Assembly: GCA_965116495.1 (NCBI GenBank)
Contig: OZ220696.1
Span: forward strand, 2,848,001-2,912,000
DNA: 64,000 nt
Source of the DNA: Gammaproteobacteria bacterium
Lineage (GTDB): Bacteria; Pseudomonadota; Gammaproteobacteria; Eutrophobiales; Eutrophobiaceae
Direction of reading: 5' to 3'
Both the position numbers and the translations under genes were made by a program. The notes beneath the pieces were generated by a model. The model worked only from the letters and a program-made list of their open reading frames with translations. It had not been told where the DNA came from and ran no database searches. Positions 37,674-48,097 of the stretch are shown here, piece after piece; position 1 is the first letter of the stretch; each line of letters opens with the position of its first letter.

Positions 37674-38666
37674 TCAGACCACTTGCGCGCGCAGCAGATC
37701 GTGCATGTTCAGGACACCGGTCAATTGCCGGTCCTCATCCAGCACCAGCAAGGCGTTAATCCTGTGTTCTTCCATCATCCGCAGGGCCTTGGCCGCAAGG
37801 CAGTTCGCGGCGATGGTCCTGGCGTTTTTCGTCATGACCTCTGCGGTAGTGGTGGTATGCAAGTCGAACCCGGCATCCAGGGTCCTGCGCAGGTCACCAT
37901 CGGTGAATATGCCCGATACTTCGCCTCGCTCGTTGATCACCGCGGTCATACCCAGCCCCTTGGCACTCATTTCCAGTAATGTTTGACTCAGTATGGTCTT
38001 CTCATTCACCCGGGGGATTTCAGCACCGCTATGCATCACGTCAGTTACGCATAACAAACGCCTTCCCAAAGACCCGACGGGGTGGGACCGGGCAAAATCC
38101 TCAGCATCAAAACCCCTGGCCTCAAGCAGGGCAACAGCCAGGGCATCACCCAGGACCAGGCACGCTGTGGTGCTGGCCGTGGGCGCCAGGCCCAACGGGC
38201 AGGCCTCCCTGGTGACACTGACGTCCAGGCAGACCGTGGCGGTTTTGCCCAGCGTGGACGCGGGATTTCCCGTCAGTGCGATGAGCGGGATGTTCAACCG
38301 TTTAATCACCGGCAGCAAGGTGATGATCTCGCCGGTCTCCCCGGAATTGGACAAGGCAATCACCACATCATCCGGGGTAATCATGCCCAGGTCGCCGTGG
38401 CCGGCTTCGCCCGGGTGGACAAAAAAAGACGGTGTGCCTGTGCTGGCCAGGGTGGCGGCGATCTTGTGGCCGATATGGCCTGATTTCCCCATGCCCAGGA
38501 CCACGACCCTGCCCCCGCATTCCAGGACCAGCCGGCAAGCGCTGACAAAATTGCTGTCAATACGCTGTTTCAGGTCATTGACTGCCTGCTGTTCCGTTTC
38601 AATAACAGCACGAGCCGCCCCCATGAGTTTTTCAGGGTCTGGGTGATTGTCTGAACTACCCCGCAT
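37674..38666 (-). CDS. kdsD: Arabinose-5-phosphate isomerase
   Basis: GMGKSGHIG.KIAAT.ASTG, HGDLG, EACPLGLAPT, CBS pair. Confidence 0.95.
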   Translation of the reverse strand: MRGSSDNHPDPEKLMGAARAVIETEQQAVNDLKQRIDSNFVSACRLVLECGGRVVVLGMGKSGHIGHKIAATLASTGTPSFFVHPGEAGHGDLGMITPDDVVIALSNSGETGEIITLLPVIKRLNIPLIALTGNPASTLGKTATVCLDVSVTREACPLGLAPTASTTACLVLGDALAVALLEARGFDAEDFARSHPVGSLGRRLLCVTDVMHSGAEIPRVNEKTILSQTLLEMSAKGLGMTAVINERGEVSGIFTDGDLRRTLDAGFDLHTTTTAEVMTKNARTIAANCLAAKALRMMEEHRINALLVLDEDRQLTGVLNMHDLLRAQVV

Positions 38667-38792
38667 AAGCCACCATGATCCGCGCTGCGGGAGGCAGCGC
38701 CCAAGTGTCGTTCGTTGTCAATATATATTCAGGATCTAACACTTGTTTCTCCCGGTACTGGTCCGGCGTCGTGCCGGGCGGGCATCCCGCAC

Positions 38793-39737
38793 TTACCCCA
38801 GAAACAACCAGAACTGGTAACCGGCAAAGCAACACAGCAACCCAGCGCCTTCCCAGCGGCTGAAACTGTTTTTGCCGGCATAAAACACCATCCACCCCAT
38901 CAACAGGGTCAAGCCGATCATTACGGGAAAATCCCGCAGCAGGACTTCCTTGCCGAAACTATCCGGGTAAATAATACACGGTATGCCCAATACCATCAGC
39001 ATATTAAACATATTAGAACCGATTACATTGCCTATGGCGATATCCATTTGTTTTTTGGCAACACTCATGAGGGAAGCGGCAAGTTCCGGTAAACTGGTCC
39101 CGACCGCAATCACGGTCAGGCCGATTACCAGGTCATCAACGCCAATTTCCCTGGCAATATAGACCGCCCCGCGCACCAACAGTTCAGCGCCGGCCAGCAG
39201 CACCAGCAGCCCGACCAGCATCAGAACGGCGGATTTCAGGAGACTCGGCGTATTCTTCGCCTCCTCTGCCCCATGCAAGATCTGGTTCTCGCGTTTTGCC
39301 TGTTTCACGATCCACAGGAGCATCACCCCCAGCGCGGCCAGTAACAACAGGCCATCGATGCGTCCCAGATACAAGTCGAGCAGCACCAGCAACGCAATCA
39401 GCATAGCCACACACATCAGTATGAATTCGCGACGCAGGGACTGCGATTGAACCACCAGCGGAGAACACAACGCGGTCGCACCCAATACCAGACCGATGTT
39501 GGCAATATTGGAGCCCAGGGCATTGCCGATAGCGATACGGGTTTTCTCCTCCCACGCAGCGACGCCACCCACAAACACTTCCGGCATTGAGGTCGCGATA
39601 CCGACCACGGTTAGACCGATAATAAACGGCGACACCCCCAGTGCGCGGGCGCTGCCGGCAGCGCCTGACACAAACCGGTCCGCTCCCAGCACCAGCAAGG
39701 CTATACCGCCGAGCATAGCAAGCGACGCAATCAACAT
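38793..39737 (-). CDS. Ca2+/Na+ antiporter (YrbG family)
   Basis: GLTVV..ATSMPE / GTSLPEL alpha repeats, GSNIANI. Confidence 0.92.
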   Translation of the reverse strand: MLIASLAMLGGIALLVLGADRFVSGAAGSARALGVSPFIIGLTVVGIATSMPEVFVGGVAAWEEKTRIAIGNALGSNIANIGLVLGATALCSPLVVQSQSLRREFILMCVAMLIALLVLLDLYLGRIDGLLLLAALGVMLLWIVKQAKRENQILHGAEEAKNTPSLLKSAVLMLVGLLVLLAGAELLVRGAVYIAREIGVDDLVIGLTVIAVGTSLPELAASLMSVAKKQMDIAIGNVIGSNMFNMLMVLGIPCIIYPDSFGKEVLLRDFPVMIGLTLLMGWMVFYAGKNSFSRWEGAGLLCCFAGYQFWLFLG

Positions 39738-39982
39738 ATTAACGTACCCGGGAAGCCAGGCTGCTTCACGGCATGTTTATACGGGGTTGTAACCCATCCA
39801 GGCGGGTATGCCAAAACAGACATCCATTCCCCTGTCTTGTAATCAGCGGCAAATCCGGCCTTGTCTTGCCGCCCGTTTGCAGCGGTGAAATTCGTCGGGG
39901 ACAGTGGTAATCATCGGCAACAGGATACCATGAATTGACGTGGTACAATGTACTTTTACCATACCTGACCCGGGTGGATACT

Positions 39983-40315
39983 ATGCTTTACTGGTTCTTT
40001 CTTGCCGTTGCAATCCTGCTGGAAGTTGCGGGCACCATGTGCATGAAACTGTCCGACGGGTTTACCCGGCTGATCCCCTCGATCATGTTGTTCGTCTTCT
40101 ATGCCATCTCATTTATCGCACTGACTATTTCCCTGAAAAGGATTGATCTCAGCATCGCCTATTCGGTCTGGGCAGGCGTTGGGACCGCCCTGGTAGCCCT
40201 GGTGGGCATAATCTATTTTCGCGAGCCTTTGACCGTGGTCAAATCCGTCAGTATCTGCCTGATCATCATCGGTGTTGTCGGTTTGTACCTGGACAAGACG
40301 GTCCCCTCGGCCTGA
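39983..40315 (+). CDS. SMR family small multidrug efflux protein (EmrE/Qac-like)
   Basis: AILLEVAGT..MK.SDGF, AYSVWAG.G; 110 aa, four TM helices. Confidence 0.9.
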   Translation: MLYWFFLAVAILLEVAGTMCMKLSDGFTRLIPSIMLFVFYAISFIALTISLKRIDLSIAYSVWAGVGTALVALVGIIYFREPLTVVKSVSICLIIIGVVGLYLDKTVPSA

Positions 40316-40333
40316 TAGCAACTGACACAACTG

Positions 40334-40999
40334 ATGCGGGCGATGATACTGGCAGCGGGGCGAGGCGAAAGAATGCGCCCCCTGACCGATAACCTGCCCA
40401 AGCCCCTGTTGCCTGTGGCCGGCAAACCGTTGTTGCAATATCATGTGGAAGCCCTGGCGCAGGCGGGTTTTACCGACCTGGTGGTCAATCATTCCCGCTT
40501 CGGCGAACGCATAGAGGCATTCCTTGCCGACGGCGCCGACTTCGGTGTGACAATCCGGTATTCAGCCGAGGGGGACATCCCCCTGGAGACCGGAGGCGGC
40601 ATTAAACGGGCATTGCCCCTGTTGGGTGACGACCCGTTTCTGGTCATCAACGGCGATATCTGGTCCGATTTTCCTCTTGCTTCGCTGAACCGGCTAATTC
40701 CCGGTCTGGCCCACCTGGTCCTGGTCCCTAACCCGGCACACCATGCCGGTGGAGATTTTGTCCTTGAGGATGGAGAGGTATCCTGCGCCGGGCAACCCAG
40801 ACACACATTCAGCGGCATCGGTATCTACCGGCCCGCGCTGTTTCATTCAATAGAACAACAGGTGTTTCCCCTGGCGCCGCTATTGCGCCGGGCAATGCAG
40901 GACCGGCAGGTCACGGGAGAACTCCATAACGGTCGCTGGTTCGATGCCGGCACGCCCGCGCGGCTTACAGAATTAGAGGATTACCTTGCCGGGATGTAA
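40334..40999 (+). CDS. murU: N-acetylmuramate alpha-1-phosphate uridylyltransferase
   Basis: MILAAGRGERMRPLTD..PKPL, LETGGGI..ALPLLG, NGD, WFDAGTP. Confidence 0.9.
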   Translation: MRAMILAAGRGERMRPLTDNLPKPLLPVAGKPLLQYHVEALAQAGFTDLVVNHSRFGERIEAFLADGADFGVTIRYSAEGDIPLETGGGIKRALPLLGDDPFLVINGDIWSDFPLASLNRLIPGLAHLVLVPNPAHHAGGDFVLEDGEVSCAGQPRHTFSGIGIYRPALFHSIEQQVFPLAPLLRRAMQDRQVTGELHNGRWFDAGTPARLTELEDYLAGM

Positions 41000-41047
41000 T
41001 TGTGAAAATCAATGGGGAATAATGGGGACAGACCCATTGATTCTTGA

Positions 41048-42064
41048 TCAGTTGACCGGAGTCATGTCCGCGGGAACAGGCGCCGTTGCGATTTTTTTCA
41101 ACCGGTCCTGTGCCAGGCGGGCTGCTGTGGTGCCGGGATAGTGTTGAATCAGGTCCTCGAGTTGTTGTTTTGCCGGTTCAATCTGCCCCAGTTCAAGCTG
41201 GCAGAAACCTGCTTTTAATTGTGCCTGGGCCAGCTTCCGGCTGTCCGGGTAATTCTGCAGCAAGACGTTGTATTCAACCAGCGCCTGCTCGAAGAGACGG
41301 TTCACATAAAATGTCTCACCCAGCCAGAACTGGGCTTTATCGGCGTATTCACTGTCGGGATAGCTCGCCAGGAAATCACGAAACGCAATGATGGACCGCT
41401 CGTACCGGGACTGCTTCAACAGGTTGAAGGCATTCTGGTAATCCGCCGCGATTCGTCCCGGATCCACGCTATCAGGCAGCGCGGCACCAGCTTCATTCGG
41501 CGCTTCGGATGGGGTCATGCCCTGTGCGGGGTCTGCCGCTGACCCGGCCCCTTCCAGTGCGGCAACCGGTTCCTGCGGGGCGGCCAGGGGAACGGTATTC
41601 TCACCTGTTTCCCCCGCCTCCGGTCGCCGTTCGACCAGTTCCAGCGTCAAGGGAATTTCAACCTCCTGCTCCGTGCCGGTTACCTCCGTCCCGGTCAAGG
41701 GAGACAGGGTCTGTAACGGCGGTTCAGCTACACCGGACGCATCCCCGACTGTAGCCGTCAACGGGGTTTCGAACCGCTGCAGACGTCTGTCTATATCCCT
41801 GTATAAGTCGCGTTGCCGTTTTTTTACCTGTTCGAGCACATGATTTTGTACTTCCAACTCGCCGCGTAGGCGACTGATTTCCTCTTCCAGGGCTTCCACC
41901 TGCTGCAACATCTCCAGCAAACCCTGGTTTGACAATATTTGCTCGATACTTTCCAGACGCGCCAGGATAACCGCTTCAGTGTCCACAGTATCCTGGGCGG
42001 CCACTTCGATAACGGCTGCCTGTACGGCGATAAGCAGGACAAGTGCCTGTCTTTTAACCCACAT
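41048..42064 (-). CDS. cpoB: Cell division coordinator CpoB (YbgF)
   Basis: Coiled coil LRGELE...LYRDIDRRL, C-terminal TPR (AQFWLGE, YPDSRK); after pal. Confidence 0.92.
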   Translation of the reverse strand: MWVKRQALVLLIAVQAAVIEVAAQDTVDTEAVILARLESIEQILSNQGLLEMLQQVEALEEEISRLRGELEVQNHVLEQVKKRQRDLYRDIDRRLQRFETPLTATVGDASGVAEPPLQTLSPLTGTEVTGTEQEVEIPLTLELVERRPEAGETGENTVPLAAPQEPVAALEGAGSAADPAQGMTPSEAPNEAGAALPDSVDPGRIAADYQNAFNLLKQSRYERSIIAFRDFLASYPDSEYADKAQFWLGETFYVNRLFEQALVEYNVLLQNYPDSRKLAQAQLKAGFCQLELGQIEPAKQQLEDLIQHYPGTTAARLAQDRLKKIATAPVPADMTPVN

Positions 42065-42075
42065 CGTTTATCGGC

Positions 42076-42627
42076 TCAGTATACAAACTCCACCCGCCGG
42101 TTCAGTGACCAGGCCTGTTCATCATGGCCGGGGTCCGCAGGCCGTTCCTCTCCGTAACTTACGGTCCTGATCTGGTTCGGGGATGCCCCCAGCACAACCA
42201 GTTGTTTTTTAACCGCATTTGCGCGCCGCTCACTCAGCGCGAGATTGTATTCGCGGGAGCCACGTTCATCGCCATGGCCTTCCAGTGTCGTAGTCACGTC
42301 CGGGTTGGCTTGAAGAAAACCGGCATGGGCCTGGATGATCTCCTCGAACTGCGGCAGCACGTTACTGCTGTCGTACTCAAAATAAATGATGCGGACGGAC
42401 AACAGGCTATCCGGGTCCTCAAGCTGCTGCAGGGCGCTGGCTTGATCATCCCCAGTGCCGAAAGCCTGTGCTTCGCTGCCTGCTCCACCATCAGCGGCGT
42501 CATCACCCGTCATTTCAGCGCTTTCCGATTTGTCTACGACCTCGGGAGCCGGGTCTTTTTCAGGGGTTGTGGTACAGGCCGTGATAAACGAACCCAGGAT
42601 AAGCAACAGCAGAAATTTTTTGGTCAT
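42076..42627 (-). CDS. pal: Peptidoglycan-associated lipoprotein Pal
   Basis: Lipobox ITAC; EGHGDERGSREYNLALSERRA; SYGEERP. Confidence 0.96.
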   Translation of the reverse strand: MTKKFLLLLILGSFITACTTTPEKDPAPEVVDKSESAEMTGDDAADGGAGSEAQAFGTGDDQASALQQLEDPDSLLSVRIIYFEYDSSNVLPQFEEIIQAHAGFLQANPDVTTTLEGHGDERGSREYNLALSERRANAVKKQLVVLGASPNQIRTVSYGEERPADPGHDEQAWSLNRRVEFVY

Positions 42628-42688
42628 GGTGGTTCTCCGGTTTCCAGGTCAAAGGATAGCATTCATTGGAAAATAAGTTGATTCATAT

Positions 42689-43993
42689 TCAGTCGGACGG
42701 GAACGGTCCCCAGGCAGGCTCCCTGACCTCGCCGTCCTGCAGGGCCAGCCGCTGGTGCACGCTCCCATCGGCGGAGACCGCTGCGAGCTCGGAGCCGAGC
42801 CGGCCATTGGTAGCGTAGATGATCATGCTGCCGTTAGGCGAAAAACTGGGAGATTCGTCCAGCCGGTTGTTTGTCAGGATACTCATATAACCGTTGTCAA
42901 GGTCGAGATAGCCAATCCGGAAATTGCCGTTATTCCCGTGCACCATGGTGATGCCGGTACCGTCCGGAGAATAACGCGGCCGTGCGAAATAAGGTCCCTC
43001 GAAAGTAAGCCGCGTCGGTGTGCCGCCCTGCAGGCTGACCTCGTAAATCTGCGGTGTGCCGCCCCGGTCGGAAGTAAAAATAAGCCTGCTGCCGTCAGGC
43101 GACCAGTTCGGCTCCGTATCAATGGCGCGGTTATGGGTTATGCGCTGTAACGAATCAGTGGAAAGGTGCAGCACATAGATTTCCGTATTGCCATCCTTGG
43201 ACAATGTCAGCGCCAGTCTTCCGCCGTCAGGGGAAAACGCCGGCGCGCTGTTGATGCCTCTGTGAGAGGCAACCTCATTTCTCTCTCCGGTACGGATATT
43301 CTGCACGAATACCGATGAGTTGTTCCCTTCGAAAGACACGTAGGCGAGGTGTTGTCCGTCCGGCGACCAGGCCGGTGACATCAGGGCCTGATCAGATTCA
43401 AGCAGCAATTGCGGGTTAAAGCCGTCGGCATCAGCGATTAGCAGGTTATGACGGTCCCTGCCTGCCGCATCCTGCTTGACCGTAACGTAGGCAATGCGCG
43501 TATCGAATGCGCCGCGCACGCCCGTCAGTTTTTCGAATATGATGTCGCTGATCCGGTGCGCGGTACGACGCAGTTGTTTGCGCGCAGCCTTGATATGGAA
43601 GCCTGTGAGCTGAGCACCCTTATAGACGTCAAGCAACCTGAATTCAATCTCATAGTCACCCTCCACAGCCTGTTTCAGGTTGCCGATGACAATGTTCTCC
43701 ATGCGCAATATTTGCCAGTCCCTGAAATTGACATGCCCGAATTCCACCGGCCGCTGCGGCATGTCATCCTCGTTCATGGTGGCGAAACGTCCGCTTCTTG
43801 CCAGGTTGTTGGCAATGGTCATATGCAGATCAATCGGCTGCTCACCAGGGACGCCGTTCCATCCGAATGGAACAATAGCGACGGGTAGTGCACTTTCAAC
43901 ACCTCTATCGATAATAATCTCCAGTTCGCCCTGGGCACGGACCTGGGGCATGACCAGCACCAAAACCAGCAACAAGCGGATTATGCATTTCAC
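42689..43993 (-). CDS. tolB: TolB
   Basis: FDTRIAYV, SPAWSPDG and related beta-propeller repeats, VREPAW. Confidence 0.97.
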   Translation of the reverse strand: MKCIIRLLLVLVLVMPQVRAQGELEIIIDRGVESALPVAIVPFGWNGVPGEQPIDLHMTIANNLARSGRFATMNEDDMPQRPVEFGHVNFRDWQILRMENIVIGNLKQAVEGDYEIEFRLLDVYKGAQLTGFHIKAARKQLRRTAHRISDIIFEKLTGVRGAFDTRIAYVTVKQDAAGRDRHNLLIADADGFNPQLLLESDQALMSPAWSPDGQHLAYVSFEGNNSSVFVQNIRTGERNEVASHRGINSAPAFSPDGGRLALTLSKDGNTEIYVLHLSTDSLQRITHNRAIDTEPNWSPDGSRLIFTSDRGGTPQIYEVSLQGGTPTRLTFEGPYFARPRYSPDGTGITMVHGNNGNFRIGYLDLDNGYMSILTNNRLDESPSFSPNGSMIIYATNGRLGSELAAVSADGSVHQRLALQDGEVREPAWGPFPSD

Positions 43994-43997
43994 GTCA

Positions 43998-44882
43998 TCA
44001 GTCCTCGGGTTTGAATATGAAATTGAATTTCCTGAGCCGCAGACGCTCGAATGTCGCCGGGTCCGCGGGCAGCGGCAACGGGGATGCCTTCTCGACCGCG
44101 GTGACGGCCCTCCGGTCGAATACTTCGTTGCCGCTTGATTTATTTACGGCCACGCTGATTACCTCACCGCCAGGCACAGTCTGTACCGATAATACGCATT
44201 CCAATCCTCTGGACAGGCCGGTTTTATTAAAATTGCCGGCGACCATCTGATATATCTCCGCAACAATATTCTGCAGGGTTATTTTATCCTGTGCCCGCTG
44301 TTCCTGTGCAAGCTGTTTACGCCGTGCCTCCTCGGCTGCTTTCTTTTTCTTTTCCTCTTCTTTCCTTTGCCGTTCGGCCTCAGCCTTGCGCTTCTCCGCT
44401 TCAATGCGTTCCTGCTCCATTCTCGCCCTGCGGTTCTCTTCCTCGATGCGTTTCAATTCCGCTTCTGCCCTGACCTTTTCCTGTTTGATACGTTCGCGCT
44501 CCGTCGCGGTCCTGCGTTCCTCCTCCTTGCGCTTTCGTTCCGCTTCGGACTTCCGTTTTTCCTCTTCCTTGCGTTTTCGCTCGGCTGCCAGTTTCCTTTT
44601 CTCTTCCTCTTTACGTTTTTTCTCCACCGCACTGGCCTGCTGTTCAAGGTCTTCCAGCTTTTTCTCCATGGCACGCTGTTTTTCCAGTTCCTGCTCCCTG
44701 AGCCGCTGCAACTCTTCTTCAACGGCTTTCTCATCCACAGTGACCGCCTCGACTATGTTTTCCTGGGGCCGCGGTTTGAATACCGGCTGCCGCTCGGCAT
44801 CGAAATTAACGACCAGCGCCGTGATAACGACCACATGCAGTGCCAGTGAATAGACAAACGCTCTCAGGGTCAGAAAAGGCAT
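43998..44882 (-). CDS. tolA: TolA
   Basis: S.ALH TM motif, K/E/R-rich coiled coil, SSGN..FDR.A..AV.KASPLP. Confidence 0.92.
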   Translation of the reverse strand: MPFLTLRAFVYSLALHVVVITALVVNFDAERQPVFKPRPQENIVEAVTVDEKAVEEELQRLREQELEKQRAMEKKLEDLEQQASAVEKKRKEEEKRKLAAERKRKEEEKRKSEAERKRKEEERRTATERERIKQEKVRAEAELKRIEEENRRARMEQERIEAEKRKAEAERQRKEEEKKKKAAEEARRKQLAQEQRAQDKITLQNIVAEIYQMVAGNFNKTGLSRGLECVLSVQTVPGGEVISVAVNKSSGNEVFDRRAVTAVEKASPLPLPADPATFERLRLRKFNFIFKPED

Positions 44883-44888
44883 GGCGCA

Positions 44889-45311
44889 TCACCGTTCCGG
44901 CGGCTCAGTGATCAAGCCGATACCTTTCACTCCGGCGCCCTGCAGCAGGGCCATGGCCTGCACGACCCGTCCGTAGTTGACGCCGGCGTCCCCTTTTACC
45001 AGCACCGGAAGTTTGGGGCGATACTTGACCAGTGCGCCAACCCGGTTGACCAGTACTTCAGGAGAAACCGGCTGGTCCGGGTCCTCCCCGTAGTTGATAA
45101 AAAAATTCCCTGCCGCATCCACACTGACGATCACAGGGTCGTTATCAGTAGCCGGCAGTGGTTCAGAAGGCACCTGCGGCAGGTCGATTTTTACTCCCTG
45201 GCTGAGCAGCGGCGCGGTAATCATGAATATGATCAACAATACCAGCATGACGTCGATATAGGGAACGACGTTAATCTCCGACATGGGGCGCTTTCGGTTC
45301 CGGTGTCGCAT
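44889..45311 (-). CDS. tolR: TolR
   Basis: EINVVPYIDVMLVLLIIFMITAP. Confidence 0.96.
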   Translation of the reverse strand: MRHRNRKRPMSEINVVPYIDVMLVLLIIFMITAPLLSQGVKIDLPQVPSEPLPATDNDPVIVSVDAAGNFFINYGEDPDQPVSPEVLVNRVGALVKYRPKLPVLVKGDAGVNYGRVVQAMALLQGAGVKGIGLITEPPER

Positions 45312-45321
45312 GGGGGCGGCC

Positions 45322-45996
45322 TCAGCCGTGTGCCTGCCGGTGCAGGATGGCAGAAAATTCTTCGATGAACGTATCGTAGCGATTGATCAGCCGTTCCACG
45401 TCGTTGGAAAACCGATTATAGGCAATCACCGCGGGGATGGCGGCAAACAACCCCATCGCCGTGGCAACGAGGGCCTCCGCAATGCCTGGCGCGACCATTG
45501 AAATGGACGCCTGCTGGACGTTCCCCAATGCGCGGAAGCTGTTCATGATACCCCATACCGTACCGAACAAGCCGACATACGGGCTGGTGGAACCCACCGT
45601 GGCAAGGAACGACAGGTGTACCTCCAGTTCCTCAAGCTCCCTGTTAAACGCCACGCGCATGGCCCGTTGCGATCCCTCCATGACTGCCTCAGCCTCGACG
45701 CTGCCCTGCTTCTGCAAACGGACGAATTCCCTGAACCCGGCCTCAAACAGGAGTTCCATGCCGCTTGCCTCGTTACGTTGTTTGTTGATCCGGTTATACA
45801 GGGGCGTCAACTCTTCCAGTGACCAGAAGCGTTCCTCGAACAAATCGGCTTCATGCTTGGCGCGGTTCAGCCAGATGCGCTTCTTGAATATCATCGTCCA
45901 GGACATGACGGAAGCAACAACCAGCATAATCATGACCGCCTGTACCGGTATACTGGCATTGGTGATCAAGTGAAAAAATGACATGTCAGGAGTCAT
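45322..45996 (-). CDS. tolQ: TolQ
   Basis: LATVGSTSPYVGLFGTVWGIM, VAPGIAEALVATA. Confidence 0.97.
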   Translation of the reverse strand: MTPDMSFFHLITNASIPVQAVMIMLVVASVMSWTMIFKKRIWLNRAKHEADLFEERFWSLEELTPLYNRINKQRNEASGMELLFEAGFREFVRLQKQGSVEAEAVMEGSQRAMRVAFNRELEELEVHLSFLATVGSTSPYVGLFGTVWGIMNSFRALGNVQQASISMVAPGIAEALVATAMGLFAAIPAVIAYNRFSNDVERLINRYDTFIEEFSAILHRQAHG

Positions 45997-46390
45997 GGGC
46001 AAAATCCGCAAGTAGTGAAGTTGGCATGCGTTTTGGTTTGTAACGGTCGGCGCTGAGGCAGGCGATAGCGATATCGGCCTCACACAGTTGTTCCTCATCC
46101 CGGCAGATAGTCTGGTGAAACACCAGGCTGGCGCGGGAGGTTTTGCCGGGTGCTGCCGTCACTGTCAATTCATCGTCAAACACGGCAGGTCTCCTGAAGT
46201 TGATGTCAATCCGGTTGACGACGAACAAGATACCCTGCTCAGCGCGTAATTGTGTCTGGTTATAGCCCACGGCGCGCAGGTATTCAGTCCTTGCGCGCTC
46301 CATGTACTTCAGGTAGCTGGTGTGGTAAACAATGCCGCCAGCATCGGTATCTTCATAATATACGCGTACAAGCCACTTGAATTCTTTCAT
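45986..46390 (-). CDS. ybgC: Tol-Pal-associated acyl-CoA thioesterase
   Basis: RVYYEDTDAGGIVYH..YL..MERARTE. Confidence 0.95.
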   Translation of the reverse strand: MKEFKWLVRVYYEDTDAGGIVYHTSYLKYMERARTEYLRAVGYNQTQLRAEQGILFVVNRIDINFRRPAVFDDELTVTAAPGKTSRASLVFHQTICRDEEQLCEADIAIACLSADRYKPKRMPTSLLADFAHDS

Positions 46391-46423
46391 CTCAAGAGAT
46401 CCGGTTGTTTTTTTCCGGCAAGG

Positions 46424-47476
46424 TTATCCGTCCGCGCCGGATTGATCAAATAAATCCGTCTCCAGTGCGTGCTGTTTCGGCATAGGCAGGCCGAAGTATG
46501 CCCAGGCCTGTTTCGTCGCCACCCGGCCCCGGGCAGTGCGCATCATGAAACCCTGCTGAATCAGGTACGGTTCGATTACGTCTTCTATCGTGTCTTTTAC
46601 TTCGCCCAGCGCCGCGGCAATACTGTCAATCCCTACGGGGCCGCCGTCAAATTTCTGCATGATGGCAAGCAGCAATTTGCGGTCCATCATATCGAACCCG
46701 GAACCGTCCACGTTCAGCATGTCCAATGCGCGGGAGGCGGTGGCTTCACTGATGTTGCCGTCCCCCTTGACCTCGCTGTAGTCACGCACGCGACGCAGCA
46801 ACCGGTTGGCGATGCGCGGGGTGCCGCGGGCGCGGGCGGCGATCTCGCGGGCGCCGGCAGCAGCAATCGGCACTTCCAGGATATTCGCCGAACGCATGAC
46901 TATATCGGCCAGGTCCGCGCTGGAATAAAACTCCAGACGTTGCACGATGCCGAACCGGTCCCGCAGCGGTGAAGTCAGCAGGCCGGCCCGGGTCGTGGCG
47001 CCGACCAGGGTAAACTGGGGGACATCCAGCTTGATGGCCCGCGCCGCGGGTCCTTCACCGATCATGATGTCGATCTGGTAATCCTCCATTGCCGGGTACA
47101 GGATCTCTTCCACTACCGGGCTCAGCCGATGTATCTCATCGATGAACAACACATCCCTGGGTTCCAGGTTGGTCAGCAAGGCAGCCAGGTCGCCGGGGCG
47201 TTCCAGTACCGGGCCCGAGGTTTGTCTCAGGTTCACCCCCATTTCATTGGCGATAATATGCGCCAGGGTCGTTTTGCCGAGGCCGGGCGGGCCGAAAATC
47301 AGGACGTGGTCCAGTGCCTCGGATCGTTGCCTGGCGGCACTGACGAAAATTTCCATCTGCTCCTGCACGACAGGCTGGCCCCGGTAATCATTCAGGGAGC
47401 GCGGCCTCAGGGTGTTTTCCATCGCCGCCTCATCCGCCGAACTGCGGGCGGAGATAACCGGATTGGGTTCGCTCAT
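46424..47476 (-). CDS. ruvB: Holliday junction helicase RuvB
   Basis: [41 protein letters not shown]. Confidence 0.99.
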   Translation of the reverse strand: MSEPNPVISARSSADEAAMENTLRPRSLNDYRGQPVVQEQMEIFVSAARQRSEALDHVLIFGPPGLGKTTLAHIIANEMGVNLRQTSGPVLERPGDLAALLTNLEPRDVLFIDEIHRLSPVVEEILYPAMEDYQIDIMIGEGPAARAIKLDVPQFTLVGATTRAGLLTSPLRDRFGIVQRLEFYSSADLADIVMRSANILEVPIAAAGAREIAARARGTPRIANRLLRRVRDYSEVKGDGNISEATASRALDMLNVDGSGFDMMDRKLLLAIMQKFDGGPVGIDSIAAALGEVKDTIEDVIEPYLIQQGFMMRTARGRVATKQAWAYFGLPMPKQHALETDLFDQSGADG

Positions 47477-47494
47477 ATCAGTCCGCCGGTCCTG

Positions 47495-48097
47495 TTACGC
47501 CAGTGCAGCCTTCAAGGCGGCGCGGATCAGGTCTTCGCTGTCCATGTCATCAGCAGCCGCGCCGTGTACGAGGCGGCTGGCCTCCTGGGGCCTGTAGCCC
47601 AGGGATATCAGGGCGTTTATTGCCTCGTTGACCGGTTCTGCACTCCCGGCATGCGGCGCAGAGCTGTCCGGCCCGGCCTGGTTTCCAACCTGCAAGCCAT
47701 CCAGACGGTCGCGCATCTCAACGATGAGACGCTGGGCCGTTTTTGTCCCTACACCCGGCACGCGGGTAAGACGCGTGGTATCGCCCGTTTCTATGCAGTG
47801 CCTGAATTCCAGCGAACTGATTCCCGACAATATGCCCAGCGCCATTTTTGCGCCGACCCCGTTAACCCGGATCAACGCGCGAAATACGTAGCGCTCATCC
47901 TCACTACCGAAACCGTACAGCGTGTGGGCATCTTCACGCACCACCAGGTGGGTCAGGAGTTCGACTTCCTCCCCCGCGCCCGGCAACTGGTAGAAGGTGT
48001 TCATGGACGCCTCCAGTTCGTAGCCCACGCCGTGTACGTCCAGGGTCAATCCCGGCGCTTGTTTTTTTACTATCCTGCCGCGCAAAAAACCGATCAC
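47495..48097 (-). CDS. ruvA: RuvA
   Basis: GVGYE, VREDA..LYGF, VPGVG.KTAQR. Confidence 0.98.
   Translation of the reverse strand: MIGFLRGRIVKKQAPGLTLDVHGVGYELEASMNTFYQLPGAGEEVELLTHLVVREDAHTLYGFGSEDERYVFRALIRVNGVGAKMALGILSGISSLEFRHCIETGDTTRLTRVPGVGTKTAQRLIVEMRDRLDGLQVGNQAGPDSSAPHAGSAEPVNEAINALISLGYRPQEASRLVHGAAADDMDSEDLIRAALKAALA

Noticed and set aside
39738-39982. Guanidine riboswitch upstream of the SMR gene
   Set aside because: No recognisable ykkC or paired ACGR-loop hairpins, and the protein looks EmrE/Qac-type rather than Gdx.
44300-44720. Tandem KRKEEEKRK-like repeats
   Set aside because: Ordinary TolA helical domain II.
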